DNA of 22,761 bases from a bacterium. GTDB taxonomy: Bacteria > SZUA-182 > DTGQ01. Positions 16,601 to 21,820 of the stretch are shown piece by piece. Both the position numbers and the translations under genes were made by a program. The stretch is taken from assembly GCA_040752695.1 (NCBI GenBank), contig JBFMGO010000100.1:1-22761 (forward strand). The letters are read 5' to 3'. A model generated the notes under the pieces. It was not told the DNA's origin and searched no databases. It saw only the letters and a program-made list of their open reading frames with translations. The stretch's first letter is position 1; the number at the start of each line of letters is the position of its first letter.

Positions 16601-19148
16601 AGAGCAGGTGGAGAAGACGCCTGAGAAAGCTGCTCTCGTCTATGAGGGAAAACAGCTTACCTATAGAGAATTAAATGAAAAAGCGAATCAGTTGGCCAGG
16701 GTACTGAGAGAGAAAAATATTACGCCAGACTCTGTGGTGAGTATTATGGTGGATCGGTCTTTGGAAATGGTCATCGGCCTTTTGGGAGTGCTCAAGGCCG
16801 GGGGAGCTTATATGCCGATCGATCCGGGCTATCCACAGGAGAGAATCAGGTTTATGCGTGAGGATAGCCGGTCGGCCCTGATTCTCACTCAGAGAAAATA
16901 TATTGATCAGTTGAAGGGGGAATATCAGGCCATTGAGTCAAGAGGACTTGAGTCAGGAGCTAAAGAAACTAAAAATTCATGGCACACAGGGAACATCATT
17001 GATTTGGAAAATCCGGCCCTTTACCAGTCACAATTTGATACATATCCAAAAACACCATGTTTAAACATCATTGATTTGGAAAATCCGGCCCTTTACCAGG
17101 GCAGTGCAGGGAATCTTGAGATAATAAACCGCAGCACTGATTTAGCTTATATAATCTATACCTCAGGGACAACCGGCAGACCCAAGGGAGTAATGATAGA
17201 ACATCGGTCACTGGTAAACTTTAGTTTTTGGCACAATAGCTACTATGAGGTTTCGCCGGAAGATAATTCGACTCAATATGCTGGGTTTGGATTTGATGCT
17301 TCAGTATTAGAGATATTCCCATACCTGATAAAGGGTGCGACCTTATATATTATCAGTGAAGCCATCAAGCTGGATATTGCAGCATTAAATAACTATTACG
17401 AAGAGCACAATATCACCATCAGTTTCTTACCCACCAACATAGGCGAGCAGTTTATGAGGCTGGAGAATACATCACTACGAAAGCTGCTTACCGGCGGTGA
17501 TAAGCTGCGTACTTTTATCAAAAGATCTTATGAATTGTACAATAACTATGGCCCGACCGAAAACACTGTGGTAAGCACAAGCTGCCGGATTGAGGAGAGT
17601 AAGGATAATCTTCCCATTGGAAAGCCTGTGAATAACTGCCAGGTCTATATTCTGGAAAAAGATACGCTCCACCTTCAACCCATAGGAGTGGCGGGAGAGA
17701 TATGCCTGTCCGGTGACGGGCTCTCAAGGGGCTATATAAACAAGCCGGATCTGACCGCAGAGAAATTTATTGATCATCCCTATCGAGAGGGCCATAGGCT
17801 TTACAGGACAGGAGATCTTGGCAGGTGGCTTCCTGATGGGAGCATCGAATTTATCAGCCGGATAGACGATCAGGTAAAAATACGCGGTTTTCGGATAGAA
17901 CCTGGCGAAATTGCGGCTCATATATTAAGAATTCCCGAAATAAAAGAAGCAGCGGTACTGGCCAAAGAGGCTCATGACGGCCATAAGTACATTTGCGCTT
18001 ACTTTGCTTCAGAGAAAGAGACGGCAGCTCAGGAGTTGAGGAAACACTTATCAAAGAGCCTGCCCGAGTACATGATCCCCTCTTATTTTATCCGGCTGGA
18101 ACAGTTGCCTTTAACCGCCAACGGCAAAATAGATCATAAGGCCTTGCTTGAAGTTAATGAAAACACCTCCACAGATGCTGCCTATCAACCGCCGGGAAAT
18201 AAGGTGGAAAAAAAGTTAGCTGAGATATGGGAAAAGGTCTTGGGGAGAAAAAATATCAGCCTGAATGATAATTTCTTTTTAATCGGTGGGCATTCTTTGA
18301 AGGCAATGAATGTAAATTATCTGATCCAGAAAGAATTAAAGGTCAACTTGCCCCTTAAGGAACTTTTCATCGACCCGACCATCAAAGGACTTGCTCAATA
18401 TATAGTAACACATGCACCTCAGAGATATAAAAAGAGAATGGAGGAGATACCCTTCATGGAGCTGAATGAAGAGCCATATTTGTTGCTCAATAAGTTAACC
18501 ATCAATAAGATATTCTGCTTTCCACCCATAACAGGCTATGGAACTGTATATATGGGAATGGCATCGTTAATTGAGAATTGCTCAATCTATGCATTTAATT
18601 ATCTACAAGATGAGGAAAATGTCATCCAGCACTATATTGATTACATCCTGGATATACAACCGAAAGGGCCTTATGTATTCTTAGGATATTCTGCGGGGGG
18701 AAATATTGCCTTTGAAATAACCAAAGAGCTTGAAAAAATGGGGCATGTCGTTTCAGATATCATTCTCCTTGATTCTTATAAAAAGAAAAAAACAAAAGCA
18801 CCATCAAAACAATCCCTGAGGAAATTTGAAGAAACAATAAATACTGTAATAGCGGAGCGGGGAGTTGTGTTTGAACCATACAGGCAAATGGTAGTAGAAA
18901 AAGCGAAACGGTTTAAGGTCTACTTGAGCAGTATTGATAATTCTGGTGTGGTAAATGCAAATTTACACCTGCTCACTGCGAACAGGCGGAAACATTACCA
19001 TGATGGGTGGGGAGACTCAACCAGTAAAGCGTACAGGGTCTATCAGGCTTACGGGAAGCATTGGGATATACTGGAGCCAGGATTTAGAGAAAATAACAGG
19101 GAAATACTACAAGGTCTGATCAATACGATATTTACCCCGGTGTCGTGA
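4614..19148 (+). CDS. Hybrid PKS-NRPS megasynthase, terminal: KS-AT*-KR-ACP-C-A-PCP-C-A-PCP-(E scar)-C-A-PCP-TE
   Basis: KS: EIAVIG, TACSTS (Cys 5142), HGTGT, KTNIGHL. AT: FPGQG, GHSIG, HAFH. KR: YLITGGLGGIG and GQVAYCAAN. ACP GGDS (Ser 8652). Three C domains (HHIITDG, HHIITDA, HHILMDG), three A domains with intact core motifs, PCPs GGHS/GGDS/GGHS, and TE GYSAG (Ser 18690). Confidence 0.97.
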   Translation: MGKNLTGFEIAVIGMYGRFPGADNIEEFWNNLINGVESITFFSDEQLSNIGAGLVKNTNSVNAGGILQNKDSFDASFFEYSPKEVEIMDPQMRVLHECVWSALEDAGYSPGQYKGLIGLYAGASPHFYWEALSTLTGKVNDFGIFAAQQLFDKDFLTTQISYKLDLRGPSVTLYTACSTSLVAIHMACRALIGGECDLALAGGVSISSHDRSEYSYQEGMIVAPDGHCRSFDAKAQGTVFGEGAGIIVLKPLENAIEDNDFIHAVIKSTAINNDGKRKVGYTAPSIQGQAEVIRTALELAEVDPESISYVEAHGTGTVLGDPIEIEALKLAFNTNRRGYCGIGSVKTNIGHLDAAAGVVSVIKTILAMKHKIIPKNLHFKTPNPKINFEESPFFVVKELKKWEDGAHPIRAGINSFGIGGTNAHLILEEAPQIDDTTRSRPYQILLLSAKTNTALGQLAENLADHLRKNPGLNLADVAYTLQTGREAFRYRRMIVCSDIDEAIELLSSAQGKENISLIKEDEKYAVFMFPGQGSQYINMGKELYDTEIVFRRELDRCFKILSQITGNDLKEILYPSAADTRSAKINQTEYAQPLLFIFEYALAKLLMSWGIRPKAMIGHSIGEFVAAHLSGVFSLEEAIKLVATRGRLMQQLPLHTSHAFHKDKKAIFFETGPGRALGIFAEQHKERDPGQKIINMVRHPKEGVLDGKYLLSKLGDAWLSGLSIDWFYSEEKRKRLPLPTYPFEKRSYQIKGDLFKLGGISQQRKLTKNPNIADWFYVPSWKRTLLPPESAYQPSIQHNWLIFTDETGLGSRIIKRLKAQNQNVTIVKARAEFSKTDDQEYSINPEQDNDYYRLFECLRKEGKLPEKIVHLWTISDDSGNDDKDYTPELVDEYNNLGFYSLLNIARVIGRTSITAQIKVITNRLQEVTEHDFLSPCKATVLGPVKVIPHEFPNIHCICIDIEWPGSGGNNALRMVEILGRELESETPDMIIAYRGNHRWVQIFEPARLAKPGDANIRLKDAGAYLITGGLGGIGLVLAEHLAKTKKARLILTGRSFFPARNDWDEWLKSHDQEDKTSIKIRKVQELEKFGAKVSVFSADVSNKLQMQQVMTGAKEYFGGIDGVIHAAGTPDSGVIQLRSREKSEEVFSSKITGLLILDTLLRENSITLDFFLFCSSLASILPPFGQVAYCAANIFLDTYACFKVSQGGPVTISLNWDTWQEVGMAFETMKDLSSKGYSLEKGILPSEGVETFRYVLESALSNVAVSTTDLQMRIEQMHTLEDEKSKLLEAFEEDSPSVNYLPRPELSTEYMAPMSEVEQRLAQMWKDYLGFEEIGIHDNFFELGGDSLKAVMIISKIHEELNSEPPLAIFFDNPTVQSLADYIENSQRKIYRGIEPVEKRKYYPQSSAQKRLFIINQFDNVGVAYNLFLVKKLEGIFNKDRFEKAVEALIERHEILRTSFTIIHDEPVQIIHDRIDFEVRYYELDEKEMKQERMRELSKDFYQPFDLSRAPLFRIACARMVPDNEFYFILQMHHIITDGSSGNILYNDLMHFYKGEKPKPLQIQYKDFVCWQNTLIETGQFKEQEEYWTNLFSGGIPRLDLPLDFPRPDFFMYRGESYTFTLDKNTTSQLKNLCLKHEATLFMTLLATLNILFHKYTGMEDIVIGSIVAGRRYHPELQNLTGFFINVLAMRNYPGTDKTFLTFLKEVKKNSIRAYENQEFQFEELIDRLNIERDPSRNPVFDVCFVVQNFQDRSAQMLQPNEMKVLSLFKEQVEGTTLFDLDIEASESGDKIQVDIKYCTSLFRRETIERLAGHWLNIVNQVCLRPDMRIADIELLSENEKRNILFDFNRTEVKYPENKTICDLFKEQVDRLPDKVAVTFKDYSITYQELDEKSNQVANYLHGAIQIRAESKIGIFMDKSIEVIIAVFGIWKAGGAYVPLDPSLPLERMRDIIDDAGICHILSRGKYLNVLNQLQEQCPSMKAFCYLDRSDTGLLQRYSKERLNLAIPPKHLAYVIYTSGSTGKPKGVMVEHRQYVNAAYAWRDVYRLRSQDSEVNLLQIAGISFDVFAGDLAKALVNGGKLILCPEDLCPDFEGMYALIKNQKVSLFESTPALIIPFMDYVYTFGLNIDSLQLLILGSDTCNAEDFRTLSLRFGDRMRIINSYGVTEATIDTSCYEESLGKLLQSGTVPIGRPLPNMTCYILDENEKLQPIGVPGELYIGGAGVSRGYVSQEELTKERFRRNPYIKGERVYKTGDLAKWLPDGTLAFLGRSDYQVKIRGYRIEPGEIESKLKGHSEIKEAVVIDGEDNAGDKYLCAYVVSDRAIEAQELEEHLSQSLPRYMIPSFFIQVEKIPLTPNGKVDRKALPLPAIAAGQKYIGPRDRIEEKLVEIWSEILRKEGELISIDANFFHLGGHSLKATILASRIHKVFEIKVPLNIIFKYPTIEEIAKYLKGKEKDQYLAIRPADQKEYYPLSSAQKRLYILQQFEENSISYNIPLIFPLAEGLDKERLEDILKKLITRHESLRTSFEIIDDEPVQKIHQEVSFSIEYYETDESDLDIIRSNLTKAFHLSQAPLLRAIYVQMISSSRAAGFIDMHHIITDAESNQILIREIKALYEGRELPELQLQYKDFSEWQNSREQQEQIRQQELYWLAIFSDEIPVLNLPTDYPRPPVRSFEGSTVDFTLTEKETRILKEAARETETTLFMVVLSLYTILLSRLSGQEDIVVGTPIAGRRHADLEGIVGMFVNTLALRNYPHGGKSLAGFFAEVKERTLKAFENQEFQFEDLVDKRKIQREMSRNPLFDVMLNILNQAESQEDMLRGNEQDFFRHKKSTAKCDLTLTALETGKRLYFQFEYSTRLFHPATIERFISSFRQLIQAMRKGMQQRLSDLEILSDRERNQLLHDFNQTESSYPKDKTIQELFEAQVEMTPDNIAVSSGGKSITYSELNKRANQLARVLREKGTGRDCIVGILMNRSIEVVIGILGIVKAGGCYLPIDPEYPQERMLSMLEDSKAQILLTQDTFRSKVKFRGEMINGEDEKVYAGNSSNLSNINKPDDLVYVIYTSGSTGKPKGVMICHQGLINYIEWAKKVYIRDDNPAFPLYSSLSFDLTVTSIFTPLISGNKIIIYEDDKKDLLIARVIQENKAGIVKVTPTHLNLIKEGYYGKSSIKRLIVGGEDLKTELARQIYTAFDGNIEIYNEYGPTEASVGCMIYKFDFESDTRPSVPIGVPADNVQVYIVDKYLNLLPIGVAGELCIGGDGLARGYLYRPELTAEKFIPHPFIQGERIYKTGDLARWLPDGRVEFLGRMDHQVKIRGFRIELGEIESQLLTHEAVQEAVVLAQEADDGHNYLCAYLVSERELTTDELRRHLSRSLPDYMIPSYFIRLEELPFTANGKIDRRALLEMGKNAGLSTSAAYQPPRNHIEKQLVEIWEKVLRRKNIGINDNFFMVGGDSIRIIQIISRLSTFGYKLSVRDVFLHPTIAGLAPLVKSVKRIAEQGPVTGHLPLTPNDYTYKKLPIEVVSHLQELYELKDIYTLSPLQEGMLFHALYDKTSPAYFEQFSYRLEGRLEISLVERSLQELSQRHDVLRTVFLSENMGRPIQLVLKDRAPEFSFEDIRNRGGEAERKAFIRDFKVRDKERLFDLSKGPLIRMSILQVSEASYEVIWSYHHILMDGWCSGILLAEFFEIYQSLVENRPHTLPEAPPYSRYIAWLENQDREQSRRYWIDYLSLYDEATGIPKSKNNQKPGGGYQHGHSVFTLSEERTRRLSQLSGRLKVTLNTIIQTVWGVLLAKYTGKTDVVFGAVVSGRPSEIEGIESMVGLFINAIPVRIQYDESMQFDTLLQQVQERAIESEPYHYYPLAEIQANSELKQNLVDHLVVFENYPLGEIIENLPVKVTRGEVFEQTNYDFNLLVSPGGTLGMEFKYNANLFQADFVQSIARHFLHIIDQIIENEKVTMKALHLLSEEEKNQILHGLNNTNFSYPKDKTIHELFEEQVEKTPEKAALVYEGKQLTYRELNEKANQLARVLREKNITPDSVVSIMVDRSLEMVIGLLGVLKAGGAYMPIDPGYPQERIRFMREDSRSALILTQRKYIDQLKGEYQAIESRGLESGAKETKNSWHTGNIIDLENPALYQSQFDTYPKTPCLNIIDLENPALYQGSAGNLEIINRSTDLAYIIYTSGTTGRPKGVMIEHRSLVNFSFWHNSYYEVSPEDNSTQYAGFGFDASVLEIFPYLIKGATLYIISEAIKLDIAALNNYYEEHNITISFLPTNIGEQFMRLENTSLRKLLTGGDKLRTFIKRSYELYNNYGPTENTVVSTSCRIEESKDNLPIGKPVNNCQVYILEKDTLHLQPIGVAGEICLSGDGLSRGYINKPDLTAEKFIDHPYREGHRLYRTGDLGRWLPDGSIEFISRIDDQVKIRGFRIEPGEIAAHILRIPEIKEAAVLAKEAHDGHKYICAYFASEKETAAQELRKHLSKSLPEYMIPSYFIRLEQLPLTANGKIDHKALLEVNENTSTDAAYQPPGNKVEKKLAEIWEKVLGRKNISLNDNFFLIGGHSLKAMNVNYLIQKELKVNLPLKELFIDPTIKGLAQYIVTHAPQRYKKRMEEIPFMELNEEPYLLLNKLTINKIFCFPPITGYGTVYMGMASLIENCSIYAFNYLQDEENVIQHYIDYILDIQPKGPYVFLGYSAGGNIAFEITKELEKMGHVVSDIILLDSYKKKKTKAPSKQSLRKFEETINTVIAERGVVFEPYRQMVVEKAKRFKVYLSSIDNSGVVNANLHLLTANRRKHYHDGWGDSTSKAYRVYQAYGKHWDILEPGFRENNREILQGLINTIFTPVS
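4635..8765 (+). other. PKS module KS-AT*-KR-ACP (no DH/ER)
   Basis: KS catalytic triad intact; AT shortened to about 195 aa; KR retains the catalytic Tyr; no DH motif seen between AT and KR. Confidence 0.9.
8815..11975 (+). other. NRPS module C-A(Orn)-PCP
   Basis: Code DVGEIGSIDK (from FDVFAG, FESTP, LILGSD, NSYGVTEATID) matches the classical ornithine signature of the GrsB/TycC/fengycin Orn modules. Confidence 0.85.
12020..15085 (+). other. NRPS module C-A(Asn)-PCP; PCP of the pre-epimerase type
   Basis: Code DLTKIGEVGK (from FDLTVT, VKVTP, LIVGGE, NEYGPTEASVG) is the classical Asn signature. PCP motif is FFMVGGDSI (Ser 14979). Confidence 0.88.
15100..15200 (+). other. Scar of a deleted epimerization (E) domain
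   Basis: AEQGPVTGHLPLTP (E-domain start) is joined directly to LTPNDYTYKKLPIE (E-to-C linker end) through the shared LTP at 15138-15146. Confidence 0.8.
15215..18405 (+). other. NRPS module C(DCL-type)-A(Leu-like)-PCP
   Basis: C domain shows DIYTLSPLQEGMLFH, WSYHHILMDGWC and VVFGAVVSGRP, typical of post-epimerase DCL domains. Code DALFLGNVVK is one residue from the Leu signature DAWFLGNVVK. Confidence 0.78.
16992..17099 (+). repeat. Perfect 36-bp direct repeat x2 separated by a 36-bp unique segment, in frame within an A domain
   Basis: AACATCATTGATTTGGAAAATCCGGCCCTTTACCAG occurs at 16992-17027 and 17064-17099, each encoding NIIDLENPALYQ. The insert at 17028-17063 is TCACAATTTGATACATATCCAAAAACACCATGTTTA. 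Confidence 0.97.
18505..19145 (+). other. Type I thioesterase (chain release)
   Basis: IFCFPP, GPYVFLGYSAGG, DIILLDS and YGKHWDIL (catalytic His) resemble SrfA-C/GrsB-type terminal TEs. Confidence 0.9.
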
Positions 19149-19190
19149 AATATACTCTTAATCGAAAAGAGAAAGGAAGGGCGGAAGGGA

Positions 19191-20555
19191 TTGAGAGATT
19201 TGATATGTCTCATGGCCGCAGGCGGTACCACTGGAGATGTAAGGCCGCTCTTGGGATTAGCTGTCGGCTTAAAGCAGAGGGGTCACAGGATTCGTTTCTT
19301 TGCTGATCCGGGATTTAAAGATCTGGCTGAACAGAGGGGGATCACCGGGGAAGAGTGGTTCAGTTCAAGCATTATCCCTCAGCCCGTCTTTTGGCGAACC
19401 GAAAGTGCCCAGAGATATCTATGGGGCAAACTGCCAAGAATACGTGACCTGATGTTTATCCGGAAGTTACACAAAAGCCATTTCCAAAAGGCAGAAGCAT
19501 TCTTAAAGCACCTTGATGCCCGGAATAACTCAGCGATTGTTGCTTCAATAGCCAGCCTATCTGCCCGGTCTGTTCTTTATAAATTTGGCCCCAAGTGCGC
19601 TAAAATTATCTCCTGTCCTATGCCGTATCAGCCAAGCAGTACTTTCTCACTGGCCCCTTCGGAGCCTTTCTTTAAAACCCCGATTGGAAAATGGTTCTTT
19701 CATATTCTCTGCTATCGAAGATTGATAGGTTTCAGAAGAAAGAAATATGAGAATTTTATAAAAAAAACTTACCATCTTGTTTCTGTAAGTTCAGAATTTT
19801 TCCCTCGACCGAAAGACTGGCTGCCGAATATGCAAGTTACCGGCTATATTCCACTTCAGGAGACAGGGGACTGGCAACCACCAGACTCTCTGGTTCAATT
19901 CTTAGAGAGTGGAGATGAGCCTCTATACGTCGGCTTTGGTAGCCTGGCATTATTTTCCGGACTGCGCGGAAAAAAACTGGCAGCAAAAGTAATCGAAGCA
20001 GTTTCTCGGCTTAATCAGCGCTGCATTATCCAATCCCCAGACTTGTCTGATCTTTCTCATCCTTCCAATATTTATATTATGGATTATGCCGCTCCTCACC
20101 ACTGGCTTTTCCCTCGTTGTGCAGTTATCGTGCATCACGGCGGGTATGGTACAACTCATGCGTGTTTGTCCGCGGGAAAGCCCATGGTTATCTACCCATT
20201 TCATACCGACGAGTTTCTCTGGGCGAAAAAGGTTGCCGAGTTTGGAATTGGACCGACTCATACAGTAAGAATCTGGAAACTGGACCAGGAGGAATTGATC
20301 AAAGGTGTTTTATTTGCCCTTAAGCCGAGTGTACAAAGAGCTGCCCAAAGGTTTTCTGTCATAAGAAATGAAGATGGCCTTTCTGTGCAGATTTCGGCTA
20401 TTGAGAGCATCATAGAGCACCATCAACGTGGCCTCTCTCCATGGCAATGGAATATGCCCTCTGACCTCACTGTTGATGACACAGCCGGGCAATACCAGAA
20501 ATCAAAGGACAGAGAACAGGAGGGGCGCAAAGTCGAATGTCATCTCATGAGGTGA
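19191..20555 (+). CDS. Family GT1 glycosyltransferase (sterol-GT / GtfB-like clade), paralog A
   Basis: N-terminal GGTTGDVRP; FPRPKDW...VTGY; PLYVGFGS; PHHWLFPRC...HHGGYGTT. The TTG start is supported by the upstream AAAGGAAGG and by alignment to paralog B. Confidence 0.92.
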   Translation: MRDLICLMAAGGTTGDVRPLLGLAVGLKQRGHRIRFFADPGFKDLAEQRGITGEEWFSSSIIPQPVFWRTESAQRYLWGKLPRIRDLMFIRKLHKSHFQKAEAFLKHLDARNNSAIVASIASLSARSVLYKFGPKCAKIISCPMPYQPSSTFSLAPSEPFFKTPIGKWFFHILCYRRLIGFRRKKYENFIKKTYHLVSVSSEFFPRPKDWLPNMQVTGYIPLQETGDWQPPDSLVQFLESGDEPLYVGFGSLALFSGLRGKKLAAKVIEAVSRLNQRCIIQSPDLSDLSHPSNIYIMDYAAPHHWLFPRCAVIVHHGGYGTTHACLSAGKPMVIYPFHTDEFLWAKKVAEFGIGPTHTVRIWKLDQEELIKGVLFALKPSVQRAAQRFSVIRNEDGLSVQISAIESIIEHHQRGLSPWQWNMPSDLTVDDTAGQYQKSKDREQEGRKVECHLMR

Positions 20556-21820
20556 TATGCCTTCTGACGAAAAATGGGACTGCCGGGGATGTGCGGCCGC
20601 TTTTAAGACTGGCTGCCGGATTGAAGCAGCGCGGCTACAGGATTTACTTCTTGGCTGATCAAGGATATAGAGAATCGGCCAGGCGGATCGGAATTACTGA
20701 GGAAGAGTGGTTTTGTCCGGGCGATATTCCACTCTCCATTTTTTTACGAACTGAAAGTGCCCAGAGGTGGCTGCGGGGCAAAGCTCCAAGAGTGAGTGAC
20801 CTGATATCTGCCCGGAAATTCCGGAAAAACCAGTCCGAAAAGATAGAAGCATTCTTAGAGCACCTTGAGGCTTGGAATAATTCAAGAATTATCGCTTCTA
20901 TAGCCAGTATATCTGCCTGGTCCCTTCTCCATAGGTTTGGCCCCGCGTGCGCGAAAATTATTTCCTGCCCTGCGCCTTTTCAACCAAGCAGCACCTTTTC
21001 CCTCGCTCCACCAGGGATTTTTTGGCAAACACAGGTTGGAAAGTGGTTTTTCAGGAACTTGCGCCAACGCCGCATTACAGGAAACACCAGAGAAAAATAC
21101 CTGAAGTTCATGCACAAGAGCTATCATCTTGTTTCGGTAAGCCCGGAATTCTTTCCGCGACCAAAGGACTGGCTGCCGAATATGCAGGTCACCGGCTATA
21201 TCCCCTTACGGGATATGGAAGACTGGCAGCCGCCGGATTCTCTGGTCCAATTTTTAGAAAGCAAAGATGCACCGGTATATGTCGGTTTTGGGAGCTTGCC
21301 ATTTTTTGCCGGGCAGTGGGGGAAAAAACTGGCCACCGAGATAATCGAGGCCTTTTCCATTCTCGGACTGCGCTGCATCATCCAGTCTTGCGACTTATCT
21401 GATTTTCCTCATCCTCCCCCTGTGTATATTATGGACTATGCCGCCCCTCACCACTGGCTTTTTCCCCGCTGCCAGGTTGCAGTGCACAATGGAGGATATG
21501 GCACAACCCACGCCTGCCTTTCTGCCGGTAAACCCATGGTCATTTATCCTTTTCAGGCAGATCAGTTCCTCTGGGCGAAAAAGGCGGCAGAGTTTGGGAT
21601 TGGACCAAATGATGTAATGAGAATCGGGAAGTTGAATCGAAAAAGATTGATCGCTGATATTCTCTTTGCTCTTGAACCGGATACACAAAAGGCTGCCCAA
21701 AGATTTTCCGCAGCGATACGGGAAGAAGATGGTTTTCCCGTTCAGATGTCAGCTATCGAGAGCATCATTGAGCACCATCAGCGCAACCTTTCCCCTTTAG
21801 AATGGAATATGCCTTTATGA
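20537..21820 (+). CDS. Family GT1 glycosyltransferase, paralog B
   Basis: GTAGDVRP; FPRPKDW; PVYVGFGS; HNGGYGTT; PFQADQFLW. AGGAGG at 20518-20523 precedes the ATG. Overlaps paralog A by 19 bp. Confidence 0.92.
   Translation: MSSHEVICLLTKNGTAGDVRPLLRLAAGLKQRGYRIYFLADQGYRESARRIGITEEEWFCPGDIPLSIFLRTESAQRWLRGKAPRVSDLISARKFRKNQSEKIEAFLEHLEAWNNSRIIASIASISAWSLLHRFGPACAKIISCPAPFQPSSTFSLAPPGIFWQTQVGKWFFRNLRQRRITGNTREKYLKFMHKSYHLVSVSPEFFPRPKDWLPNMQVTGYIPLRDMEDWQPPDSLVQFLESKDAPVYVGFGSLPFFAGQWGKKLATEIIEAFSILGLRCIIQSCDLSDFPHPPPVYIMDYAAPHHWLFPRCQVAVHNGGYGTTHACLSAGKPMVIYPFQADQFLWAKKAAEFGIGPNDVMRIGKLNRKRLIADILFALEPDTQKAAQRFSAAIREEDGFPVQMSAIESIIEHHQRNLSPLEWNMPL

Noticed and set aside
16992..17099. A bona fide CRISPR array
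   Set aside because: Only two perfect repeats, located in frame inside a CDS and encoding native A-domain residues, with no leader, no cas genes and no typical GTT...GAAAC ends. Kept only as a possible off-target integration.
4614..19148. Assignment to a named cluster (tyrocidine, fengycin, iturin, zwittermicin, paenilamicin)
   Set aside because: Individual A-domain codes match those families, but the module order and the GT trio do not fit any that I know, so no gene symbols were given.
19149..19190. Terminator or promoter between the NRPS and GT genes
   Set aside because: The 42-bp gap is purine-rich with an RBS-like motif and has no hairpin plus U-tract.
20812..20824. Short palindrome CCGGAAATTCCGG in GT1-B
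   Set aside because: Single occurrence within coding sequence and consistent with chance.
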